The notes under the pieces were generated by a model. That model saw only the letters and a list, made by a program, of their open reading frames with translations. It did no database searches and had not been told where the DNA came from. From Rhizodiscina lignyota (taxonomy: Eukaryota): a stretch of DNA of 64,000 nt. Position 1 is the first letter of the stretch. Each line of letters opens with the position of its first letter. Made by a program: the position numbers and the translations under genes. Location: positions 1,240,001 to 1,304,000 of the forward strand of contig ML978130.1 of assembly GCA_010015805.1 (NCBI GenBank). Reading direction: 5' to 3'. Of the stretch, positions 38,422 through 50,153 are shown piece after piece.

Positions 38422-40645
38422 TGATCTTAACTGATCCCGCTCGCTGACTCAGCCTCGATTGCGATGTCGGCCTTGGCTCGGATGCCGGATGCGCGACACG
38501 GCAGAATGATCTGATATGCCTATTCGGGGAAAGCGCGCTGACAGCACAAACAGGGCCGCTGACGTCCTATTCCGGAAACGTCGTCGACGTGCTCGACGTC
38601 CGAGAAGTAGCTCGATGGACGATGAGAATGGGGTGACTTATGGCTGCGCGGATAGCAATTCGAAGTACGATGTGTAAGACGAAATCTGGCAGTGCGAAAG
38701 AATGAAATGAGAAGAAGAGGAGAGGGAGAACTAGCGGACGTTTGGAAGATACTTAAGTTGTTGTGCGACCAGAGGAAAGCGTCTACAACGCTTCGTCCCA
38801 ACCAACCTTTACTAGCTCCCATTCCACTGGTCGCTCCTGCTCTCATCATGCCTGTGCTCTCCAGCTTCACCTAGGTGTCCGCGAGCAGCAGCTCTGGTCG
38901 AGAGAGCAGTGGAGGCTTGTGAAAGTCCGGCGGGCCGCGATTTCGAATCGCCTCGCTGATGGTGGGAAGAAACAGCACCCCTTGCTCGAAATCAGCTCAG
39001 AGATGGATATGGGAAGATCCCCATTTCAGTTAAAAGTGCATTTAGTTCCCAACTTCTATTGGAATCCCATCTTTTCCTTATCTTGCCCCCGCTCGTCCTC
39101 TCCTCTCCTCCCTCCAACAATCCATTGTGCGGCTCTTTCTCTGACACATCTCATCCAAACCTCACACAGTCACGCTCCTGTTCATGGTACACTAGGACAA
39201 TACCCCTCCATCCGCCACAACCGCACCTGCTCCTGCTCCTCCTCTGAACGCCTGTGCTTCTTCTGGCTGAGGCACTAACCCACACTCTCGGGTCGCACCG
39301 ATTCCGCATGCAGCAACAACCATGCCAAGACGCTGCTGAAGCTGCTGAAGCTGATCTGCTCTCGGCCATCAGCGGCTAGTGGAACTTGCTCGCCGCGGAG
39401 TTTATCTACAGCTGCCTTCATGGGGAAGCTCTACAGCTATGCCTGAAGCAGACGTGAGGATTTCCGCGTGCCTGGTACCTGGAATCCGGAGGGAAATCCG
39501 CTGAGACAGCGGACCTACCCCGCTGTGCGCGATTCTCAATTGCCTCGCAACGAATGGACGAAGCTTTCGCAGCTATCAAAGAGTTGGGAATTTTCGGCCC
39601 TTTTCCATGGTTTGTATGAACATCGTCGAGTCACGTGTAATTGCACTCATCACCTACCGAACACGTCCTCCTAGCAATCCTAGCCGCATTCGCACAGCAT
39701 ACAAACCATGATTGCTTGGCCTTCCGGAAGCGGATTCTACGGTACCCCATGATGCAAGCCGCGGGGACTGAACCAGAGAGATCTCGAGTGCAACGGCGAC
39801 CTCAGAGGATCTCGCGGTGCAACGTTATCGAGTGGCAATTCGACCGCAGCTGTGGCGTATCTGTGGCGTCATTGCGCTTGTACACTATGCATGCCTCAAT
39901 GCCGTCAAGATTCCCAAGTACCGTGGAGAGCAACTCAACACATCACGATAGCGTCGAATTGATAGACTCCAACTTCAACTTCTCGTAAGTTGCCAATAGA
40001 TGCGTTTTGCAACGCCTCGCGAACAATTGCAACCTGGCAATCGTAGCGGATTGTGGTTGCCTTAGTTGTAAGGCCTTCAGTGGAGCATTGCAGGTTGAAA
40101 CAGGTATAGCGCCTGTAAGTGCTGGTACTCCAGGACTTTAGACCACGGGAACCAGAAGTCAGCCACTACGCTTTCTGACTATAAACAGAGCTAGAAAACA
40201 GCTAAACCAGTCTCAGTCTCTCAGTGGTCCGGGCACCTGCCTTACTGGTCCAAGTGCCTGCAGTTGTCTCGAGACAGGTTGCAAAACGCATCACTGCTGT
40301 CTCAGACTGGATATGTGTGATCAGCTCAAGCTTGGCCGCTAGAAAGTAGGATCCCCTGGAAATCAGCGGCCCGTGAATTTACTGGATTCCGGAAGTTGAC
40401 GGCGGGGTTGCATCAATTTTCCTTATCAATGTATCCAGAATACTCCGTAGCGCGAGACATTTATTCGCTCGGCTTCGACATTTCTGATTAGGCTCAGATA
40501 GTCTTCTTGGCGGATCTTTCTCGACATGAAGTCGTAATTGACCTGCATTGCATCTTTAGTGCTTGCTAGGGCTTTCTCGGTAAGGTAAGGTAATACACCT
40601 GCATGAAACCTAACCTTTTTGGTAGCAGCCCTGCGATCTTCCGAT

Positions 40646-40853
40646 CCGCACTGCAATTTTTAGCCCCAACGAAGACTCTACCTCTATCGCCAAGATACAG
40701 CCTCTGGAGCAGCACCCATGGACTTCAGCCTTTCTATCAACTCTATAAAACACTTAGCCTCGATATGACGCTCAAGCCGCCAATCGCAAACGCCGAGTCA
40801 CGACACGTGCAGTGGTGCACGCTTCGCCCTTCAGCCGGACACCAATCCGCTTT
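40646..40853 (+). repeat. Oriented intergenic element, copy 1 (long form)
   Basis: CCGCACTGCAATTTTTAGCCCCAACGAAG followed by about 180 bp alignable to 44594-44811, and TATCGCCAAGATACAGCCT alignable to copy 5. Confidence 0.85.
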
Positions 40854-40880
40854 TGAGAGGAGAGCCGACTGAATGTGGTC

Positions 40881-43084
40881 ATGTATGACTCTCGTGTTAA
40901 CGCCATCCTACGCGACGCCGGTATTTCTCCAAATCAGCAGCCTCAGTGTCACGCCTGTGTTGACCTTGACCGGCAACTTCTGAGATTATTCAATGTGAGG
41001 CGTGGTTTTGGCGAAAATGCCGTTCGCATTTCAGCAGTCAATGCTGGCTCCAGCGGAGGTTGTCAAGCTTGCGCGATGCTGCTTAAAGCGGTTAAAGCTT
41101 TCTTAGATGACCTTCAAGAACCGCTTTTGATCCAAGTGCACGATGGGGACACCATCACGCTTAGTGATACCCTCACTCTTACCGTCGTTCCACTGAATGA
41201 AGATGAAACTCTTCAGTATGACAGTTCTAGACATATCCGGCTCGAGATATTCTCGCTTCCCGGTATCATAAACTACTCCGAGTGAATGTATTACAGAGAA
41301 ATCTCTAATGATTGCTCACAGGCAGCCTCCCTTCAAAGTGGGATATAATAAGGCTAGCAAACATCGTCGCTCGCGATGCCTCTTCACCAGAGAGCGTCGA
41401 ATTCGTTCAAAGGCACGTCAATTCCTGTACTACCGTCAGTACAGGCCATTCCGGCTGCGCCTCTTCCAGGAGTTTTCCTCTACCGACGAGAGTTTTGCGC
41501 GTAGGTGATGATCATAACCATCCTTACCTTTACGAGTCCCAGGGCGAATCAATCAAGTACATCGCGTTGAGCCATTGCTGGGGAGGAGTGTCTCCTCTAA
41601 TCACCACTAAAGCGACACTAGATCAAAGGAAACAAGCTATCCCTTACTTCAGTCTGCCAAAAACTTTTCAAGACGCCGTTTGCATCACTCGGAAACTAGG
41701 AGTCGAATATCTATGGATAGACTCCTTGTGCATCATCCAGGACTCTCCCGAAGATTGGGCAAGGGAATCTGCAAGAATGGGCAGCCTCTACTCAAATTCC
41801 TGGATCACAATTGCCGCAGATGCTGCAGAGGATTCTAATACAGGCTTTCTGAGACCTCAGCAACGCGTCACGAAAGTCGTTGAGATCCCCTGCGAAAGTT
41901 CTGACGGTGCTGAAACATATGTTTATGTGCGCGAGAAGGGTAGTTATGCAAACCGAGCTCGTGCAGATCTCATAGACCCCGACACTGGTTATGTCCTCGA
42001 CAACGCGGAGATCACGCATAGAAGAAAACAGCGACACCGTTCGAGATTGTCCACGAGGGCGTGGGTCTTCCAAGAACGGCTACTCGCACCAAGGACTGTC
42101 CACTACTCTCTGGAAGAGACAGCGTATGAGTGCAGATCAGGCAGGTGGTGCGAGTGCACGATTTCCGAGAGAGTAGTTCCGCAACTTCCAGGAAGACGTC
42201 GGAATCGACTGTTCAAGGACATGTTACGCGACAAATGGAATTGGATTGTATTGGAATACACGAGGCTGAATTTGACATATGGCACAGATCGATTGCCTGC
42301 ACTGTCTGGCATTGCATCCTATCACCAAGAACGTATTGCGGCGTCGGGTGAGAACGATGAATATCTTGCTGGCTTGTGGAGAAAGGACCTTGCCATGGGA
42401 CTACTTTGGCGGGTGTACACAGACGATGACATATCTTCCCCCACTAGTTCGAGGCTGTCGAAGTACTGCGCGCCGTCGTGGTCATGGGCGTCTGTGACCG
42501 GAACTGTCCATTGGGAGGACGAGTACCAAATCTCGACATCGTTTGTCATTCTTGACAGTGTGTGTACGCCAGATGGACCGAATCGTTTCGGAAATGTCTG
42601 TAACGGTTATGTCAAAGTTCAAGGCTACATCGCTGCAGTGCAACTAGAAGCAGACATTTCTGTTGCTTTGCCGGCCGGGGACGACTTCCGCGGTGAAACA
42701 CCGATCAATGTGACCAGTGTTCAAACCCTCACAGAGCCGGATTTATCAACAACTGTTTTCTATCCTGATGTATGCGGAGCTGCCGTTGAAGTGTCGCCGA
42801 CAGTTGAATACCACTTCCTCTTGATATCAGAAGGCATTCCTGACTTGGGCAACGAACTGGCACCTGCAGGCCTGATATTGAAACGCAGCCCGAGTGATCC
42901 TTCAGTGTTCTCAAGAGTTGGATACGCCTGCACCGTGATTGAGGCCGAGCATTTCTGGCGCATCCAGACAAGCGAGGATGGACTTGACGATGATATCGAT
43001 GAGATACGTAAGGTTGCTGCGTATAGGAAATCGTGGAAGATGTGGATTGATGTTGCATCTCGGGAGATTCTGACCATAGTCTGA
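40881..43084 (+). CDS. HET-domain protein with N-terminal CxxC pairs
   Basis: Exons 40881-41262 and 41322-43084. CHAC/CQAC; YIALSHCWG, LWIDSLCIIQD, LSTRAWVFQERLLAPR, DRLPALSG, YLAGLW, APSWSWAS. Confidence 0.9.
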
Positions 43085-43410
43085 GGACAGACATGTTAGT
43101 ATGTGTGAGTTGCCAGTCTTGAGTGCACAGGCACTGGAGCACATATACAATCGCAAGAATAACTGCTCTGAACGTTGTCCTCCCTATGATAGGGGTACTG
43201 AGGGAGTATTTACACGATTGTGTATTGAAGCACAGAAATTGCGTAACAAGACAGAGATCATGCATTAAGCATGCCTCGGGGCATCTCAACAACAATTCAA
43301 CTCGCCTTAATTATTCTCGGTCCCTCCCTTTCTCCGTCATGCTTTGGTCTTCCTCACTTTCAGTCGTTCCCCACGCGTGTCTGCCTTTGCTAAAGCTAGA
43401 TGTAGCCACA

Positions 43411-43830
43411 TCAAGCAAAATTGAGCGAGAGGAAGCTAGCTCCAGTCGCTACGGTATGACAGTTGGTGGGATTGTTCGTCAAATCCTGGTTCCCACCCGA
43501 CGACGCTATCGTGCAACTGGAATCCTCCCAATACATGATCTTCAGGTTTCGCTTAAAGAGTGACTGACTAACATCCAACGTGCGCCCGCTGAAAACGATC
43601 CTGCCGTCCGAAATCCCGAAGCATTGGCCCGGCTCAGTGAAGAATATTGCGTCATTCGATTCGGCGTTGTCTGAAGGCGCGAAGGGGACTGGGCAGCCTT
43701 CGCTTTGACTGCCGCAGCAGTTGTTGGACTCCCAAAGTTGGACTATGACAGATCCTTGGGCAGCGACGTACAGTTTAAAGGTGGAGAAGAGGACAAGAGG
43801 TACTAGGGAGGCAGATTGTATAAGCTGCAT
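43411..43830 (-). CDS. Small secreted cysteine-containing protein (effector-like)
   Basis: 139 aa, hydrophobic N-terminal signal ending about VAA-Q, six Cys in the mature part, no recognisable domain. Confidence 0.75.
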   Translation of the reverse strand: MQLIQSASLVPLVLFSTFKLYVAAQGSVIVQLWESNNCCGSQSEGCPVPFAPSDNAESNDAIFFTEPGQCFGISDGRIVFSGRTLDVSQSLFKRNLKIMYWEDSSCTIASSGGNQDLTNNPTNCHTVATGASFLSLNFA

Positions 43831-44475
43831 ATTGGGCTTCTTCTTTCTTTTCTTGAGAAGTAGAGGACAAGTGGACAGGAGACTCCAGATGAATCTGGAT
43901 TTTAAGAGTTTTTGGGTTCCAAGATCTCTTATATAGACCCATTCAATCCTACATTGACCTGTTCGTCCATTAACGTTCTAATCACTCCTCTAAAAGGGTT
44001 AATGACAAGGGTAGAAGAACAGGAATTTTAAAACGCGACACAGTCTGTCATTGTGAACTCTATTAGAAGAGAGCTCTAAGATCTAGTTCTATTGGGGCTA
44101 GCAATACTGGTGGACTTACCGAAGAGGAGCAATGGTCTAACACTCTAAGCTAAAAGGGGATATTGAACGCTTACTTCAGCTATACAGTTAAGAGCAACAC
44201 TGTCCAGGAATCGCTAACGCTAGTGTATTAGATGAAATCTCAAGTCATTCGGGAGCTGTACGTCACCACATTTACTGGTTCGGTAAAAGGCAGCCTTTAT
44301 CTTCCATATGCTAAACCAGTTATGACATGTGTGGTTATACCGCTTTGATAAGTGGAGTCCCCTCCTTACGCTAAATAATCATGGAAGGGATCGAAGGACG
44401 CCAAAATAGGCAATGTTGAGGGTGCTCGTCGACTGAGGGCACATGTAGTAGCAAATTTGTCTTGAGGTTCATGCT

Positions 44476-44552
44476 ACACTGCAATTTTAGCCTCAGCGAA
44501 CGTTTCCTTACTTCTAGCCTCTCAAGAAGCGACAATTTATCGGATATTAGCC
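44476..44552 (+). repeat. Oriented intergenic element, copy 2
   Basis: ACACTGCAATTTTAGCCTCAGCGAAC, then TTTATCGGATATTAGCCTC. Confidence 0.8.
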
Positions 44553-44593
44553 TCGCTGTGGGACAGTCGTATAGCCCCTGAGGTGGTGGCGCT

Positions 44594-44811
44594 GCACTGC
44601 AATTTTAGCCCCTGCCAAGGCTCTTCCTCCGCCCTTCAAGCAGGGCTCTAAAGTACTTCATACATAACTCTACCTCAGCCTTTCCGTCAAATCATTAACA
44701 AATCGCATTAGCCTCGGCATGTCGGACGCTCATGCCCACCAATCGCAATCGGCGACAAGCACCACATGTAATAGCTCACTTTCGAGCTGCAGTCGGGCGC
44801 GAATGCACTTT
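44594..44811 (+). repeat. Oriented intergenic element, copy 3 (long form)
   Basis: GCACTGCAATTTTAGCCCCTGCCAAGG; shares TCAGCCTTTC, TTAGCCTCG, GACGCTCA and CCAATCGCAA in the same order with copy 1. Confidence 0.85.
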
Positions 44812-45484
44812 CCGCATCTCGGGAGAAAGCTATGATAAGCCTACTAATGTATTGCACATGAAATCACGCATTTCGGGAACGTGGGCGTGTCAGTTTTCCT
44901 GCTGGCCTGTGATATCTCAGCCTTATTCGCCGAGGTGAATCACGACTTCGATGTAGATGAAATTTCCGCGCTTACGACTACTCTTGTTTTGAGTGCATTT
45001 TGCTATTGAGCGCTGAAGTCTGCTAATTCTACTAGACATTCCTTTCTGAATCTCTTTTCGGCGTAAAGGTTTTGTAGAACAAGGCTGAAAATTAATCGTC
45101 GGCAACTTTTACAGCTCAAACTTGGCCAGGCTGAGATATTTTAAACCCCTCGCAGGGCAAGTCGCTCCAATAGGAGCTGCAGAGTCAATTACGCCATGTC
45201 GTGTAACCTTGAAAATTACTCTTCACGTCGAGACCAGGTCACACGGCATATCGATCAACCGGACTGTCGACAGTGAATGGTGAACAGTGAAATACCGAAA
45301 CTGGCCGATCAGTAGATCACAGCCTCGCGGAAAGTTTTGGTGATGTGCTTGATCATACCTGCCTCTGAAGGCTGCCATGGAGGAAAGGCTTGGAGCTGTT
45401 TCTCAGGCTGCACCTTTCTTTTCTCTCCTCTACCTTGGTTAATATAGCAGAGATCGAGCCGAATACCCACCTGCCCGATTTCCA

Positions 45485-47658
45485 ATGGATGAGGACCCGT
45501 TTCACTCATCGCGCCGTTCGGCGTTGGACTCAGATTCGGGAGGAACTCTTGTTCCACTTTCGATTATAGAGCCTGAGTCCAGTGCCCAGCCTCTGATAAA
45601 CTCATCAGGCTCACATCTATTGGGTCACGATTCAACTTCGACAAGATTCCGAAGTCATTGGAGCCCCACTTCAAGCACTCTACCGCCCACCAAGGAAGCA
45701 CGTTCTGAGCATAGATATCGGAAGTTCAACATCATTGCATGGGCTCTTGAAATAATTGCTTTATTCATAAGCATTGCATCCATGGCTGCCATTGTAGCAG
45801 TACTACGAGTTGAAGATAAGCGACCACTTACCGCATGGACATTCGCAACGTCGGTCAATACCGTCGTGTCAACTTTAGGGACAATCTCGAGAGCTACTCT
45901 AGCATTCGCCATCAGTGCTTGCATTGGACAGCAAAAGTGGAATTGGCTTAAGCGACACCCAGACCGTACGGTTGCTTTTGTCAGATTTGATGAGGCCAGT
46001 CGAGGTCCTTGGGGAAGCGCTCGACTTCTTTTTTGGCTCAATATCCGGTATGTACGACCCTGGTACATTCAATATCTTGCTGACGTTAAAATAGGCATTG
46101 GGCATCAGTTGGCGCTTTAGTCACTATCGCTTTCCTAGCCTTCGACCCATTTCTCCAAGCGATAATCTCCTACCCTGGTCAGCTTGATCCAATCTCTGAT
46201 GGTGGAATGCCGGCGATTTGGCGCACCGACTACTTGAACATTGGAAAACTACAAGACGTGACCGCAGACGGTGGATTTGGCACGGCAGAATTGGGAGGAC
46301 CTGATGGTAGTTCTACTGAGGCTCATCTATTTCTCACGAAGGCCGATTTCAACACTGTCGCAGCAGTCAACAACGGGTTCTCGAATATGTCAGAGTCAAG
46401 CATCATCTCTCCAAGGTTCTCTTGCCGGACTGGAAATTGCACATTTTCGTCTTATACTTCATTGGCATTCTGCAGTTCTTGCCATGACGTCTCCGGGTAT
46501 ATTCGAACATCTCATGGCAACGCTAGCACCATTACGGAGGGAACCGATTTTGCACAACCCGACAACATCGGAGGCCCGGCCGGACCTTATACACAGTATA
46601 GCCTGCCATACTCTCACATTAAGAATTATGATGGGCTTTCGGGAACAGGAGTAACGGATCCTGGAACCATATCTTACACACTGATCACGGTCGGGGTTAC
46701 TGCGAACTATTCGCAAACTGTGAGCTTCCAAAAAAGCGACACGATGCTGATTGCATTTGCCGTTATGAGAGCAAATGAAGGCTACATCAACAACAAGACG
46801 ACGTGGGAGAACTCAAAACCGATAGCGACGGAGTGTGCCTTATACTTCTGCGTCAACGCCTACGACGCAAACATTCAGGATGGAAAATTGAACGAAACCG
46901 TCACAGGATCGTGGGCCTCTCGATCACCATCTTCTTGGAAAGACTACCAATCAAGCGACTACGCTAGCAATGTCACCGACAGCTCAGCAGTAGTGAATTC
47001 TTTGAATACGGACAGCCATGAGCCACTCTACAGTAATGACACCATGCTACCTCGAACCGATCTCCAGCTTCTTATTCCAGACGATCATCCAACGGGACTG
47101 CCCCGAAATTTGAGCGGTCCATTCAACATCACCCAAGCCACGGTCCAGAGCACAAGCTCATTCCTCATACAATGGTCTGTTGGGACTGCCGGAACTTTAC
47201 TGGTCAACGAAAGTCCATATGGAGACAACAGCCCGGTGCCATCGGTTCTCGACGCCCTTCAAAACTCTACAAACCTAACCACGACCTTTGCCAACGTTGC
47301 TCAGAGCATGACGTATCAGATCCGATCGTCCTCGTCCGTCCCTCACAATGGTATTTCACAGCTGTGGGTGACGCACATCAGAGTCCAATGGACTTACCTT
47401 GTGTTACCTGCGGTCGCCTTGCTTGGTGGTTGCGTTTACGTTATCCTCACGCTCATTGAGACGTTGCACCTCAAGCTGCCTGCTTGGAAGGAAAGTGCGC
47501 TGGCGACATTGAGCTACGGTCTGTCGGAGGAAACTCAGGATTTGCTGAGAGAAGCAGATGCAACTGGTGACATCGACGCGGCTGCACAAGGGATTTCAAT
47601 TCGGCTGGCGGAAGATGGGGATGGGTTGCGGCTTCAAACTGTTTCCAATCGACCTTGA
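45485..47658 (+). CDS. DUF3176-like membrane protein with large luminal glycosylated region
   Basis: IGQQKWNW, FDEASRGPWGS; intron 46048-46094 gives HWASVGALVTIAFLAFDPFLQ; CRTGNCTFSSYTSLAFCSSC; ECALYFCV; WKESALA; many N-x-S/T sites. Confidence 0.85.
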
Positions 47659-47808
47659 CAGGAGTTTATCTGGACCTTGAGCATCCGGGGCGGATCATTT
47701 CTAGTTGATACACATGAGATAGTACGATACAACATGATACCTACATACTCATTGACCATACCCATTTCTATTTCCGCTAGCAGACCTGAGAATGTGTGCC
47801 AAATAGGC

Positions 47809-49390
47809 TCATGCATTCTTTGGAGAAATTATGTAACAGTACTGATTGGAGTAGTAGACATTGTTCTCCACAGACCCCATGGGCTCAAGAATCGGACATA
47901 CCGATTTCCATTGGTTCGCTTCGCCTTCTTGCACAAACTTCGCCCCAAACTGGCTGAAGATGGCGGTCTCCTGTTGCATTTCTTCCTTGTTGTATGTGGT
48001 GAACAAAGTGGGATGCGGGGCATTGGCAAGATAGCGAATTGTTGGCATCCAATCTTCCCTTGCTTCCTGGGAGAATCCAGATTGAAACGCGACTGCTAGG
48101 TCAGGCCGGTCGTAGTGTTTCGTGCCAACAAAATCATGGTATGGACCACGATATAGGAAGATTGATCGTGTGCGGTCCAGAGAGGAGCAACTCGAGCAGC
48201 ATCCTAGCATTAATACATCCGCAGACACTGCTTCTTCTGGGATACCCGGGCCAACAAGAGTCATATGAAGTTTCTTCAGTGAGGGCAGGAGATGTAAGAT
48301 TTCCTCGAATACCATCAAACGCTCCAATTCCCATGGATCTGCTCCAAGGAGGTGAAGGTTAATGGACGTTCGGGTGCCGAGATCCGGGAAGAGTCTTTCC
48401 AATGCAGCGAGGATTGTAAGTGGGATGGTCGTTGCCCGAGTACCGTATCGCAAGAAGCCCGCAGCTGCCAGTTCTTGGGGGTCATTTGAACCAGGCCTGA
48501 GATCTGCTGTGACCTGAACACCACTCAAGTCTTTGTCTGATATCCGCGTGTAGTATTCGTACCAGCCTCCGGCGGCAGAGAGTGGAAGATAGGTGTCCCT
48601 GGGGCTTTGCGTACATACTATTGTCAAGGTGGGCTGATTTGCCTCTCTTTGCCTTTTGTTGTGTTCTATCATCCACTTCTCGTCCTCTGCGAGTTCTTGA
48701 AACGCTTGGCATTCGTCAAGAGAATGCTTTTGCGGACAGTCAGAGCAAAACGCGGCAATTTGACAGGCATTGCAATGTTTGAGTTCAGTCGTTCCACCGA
48801 GCTGAGATTGTCTTCGATAACAGTGGGAACAAAAGAACTCGTATCTGATGTTACCATTAGTGATCAGCTAGGTATATGGGAATATTATGAAGACATTGGC
48901 TCATTGGTGTTATTGAGATGAGACAATTAGGGGAGACCCGCATTTCAATGAATGGAAACAATGAACTGTGTCAAAACTTACAAGATGAGTCGTTCTAAAT
49001 TTTTATCAAAGTCTGGGGTCTGCGCTTTCAAAGTTCGAATCTCGCTAATCTAAAATGAAAAATGAAAAATTAGAGAGATCTAACAGGTGGAGTCGCTGTA
49101 GGCACCTTTTCATCGAAGAAAACCTCCCAGTTCCTTCCAGTTGGAGGCGTTGATGTCCTCGTCTTATTCGAGGCAACTAGAAATTTACACGTCTTCTTAT
49201 GACTGCTCTTCCAGTCCTTCTTCTGGCACTCTGGGGAGCAGTAAGACACACGTTTACATGCTGCGCACTTCTTCAGCTGTGAGGCGGATTTCCAGCAGGA
49301 AAAACAGCTGCCTTGTTTGAGGGCGAGTATTGGGGTGAGAAGGGCTGGCTGGCCTGCCGGTGGGTGCCCCGTATTGCGTGTAACCTCCAT
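47809..49390 (-). CDS. MYND zinc-finger protein with MSS51-like C-terminal domain
   Basis: CFSC...CAACKRVSYCSPECQKKDWKSSHKKTC; downstream exon has TIPLTILAAL, LHLLGA, FEEILHLLP, PDLAVAFQSG, FTTYNKEE; multi-exon. Confidence 0.85.
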
Positions 49391-49859
49391 TCTCAATAGT
49401 CTTTATCGTTATAAATGGAATAGAAGAAGAGATGGTGCTAGATAGATGAAGATGAACAAACTGAGGATGAGAATCATGAAACGAAGAGAGTGGGGCGAAA
49501 AAGAGGACCGTGCTCACCGGTCTTCTCTGAGTCTGCACCTTCACTCTTGACACTTCAAGAGCAACAACAAATTATCTACGGCTCCTTTCCCATTTATCAT
49601 CATTATGATGGCTCAAGCGACATAACGAACTTTGAAAGTTGGGTACAATCGACTCCGAACGCAAACCACACCAACACACCCGAATATCAAGGATATACTC
49701 TACCTGCTGTCATGCTTCATAGCCCGAGCATTCACGGAGCATTCAGATGTGTATTTGCTACCACAGCCTATCAGAACGAGGCCCTCTTTTCTGACTAAGA
49801 AGCGGAGCTCAATCCTAATTGGTAGCTAGAAATCCGTGTTTGAAGCCCAATTCAGGGTC

Positions 49860-49923
49860 GCCGCACTGCAATTTTAGCACCAGCGAAGGCAGTATCGTAG
49901 GTGGGTTATCAGGCTTCAGCCTC
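49860..49923 (+). repeat. Oriented intergenic element, copy 4
   Basis: GCCGCACTGCAATTTTAGCACCAGCGAAGGC, then TTATCAGGCTTCAGCCTC. Confidence 0.85.
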
Positions 49924-50153
49924 GTCCAACTTCAAAACAGGAGCGACACATAAATCGCTCAAAGTCAATCAATAAGGCATACCGGCATAAGGCTCATGCA
50001 TCCTTCCAAAGACATTTCAGGCATTAAAGAAGAACCCTGGTAACGAATGATATTTGAGGCATCCAAATATATTTCATTTTGGATTTCAGGCACCTTATCA
50101 CCATTAACACATATGTTCTAACTCTTTCCCTTATAGATTGGACGAAGGGATTA

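Noticed and set aside
37399..38424. Long antisense and alternate-frame ORFs over the HapX-like gene (similar ones occur over the PKS and KDM5)
   Set aside because: Shadow ORFs of GC-rich coding sequence with no recognisable motifs.
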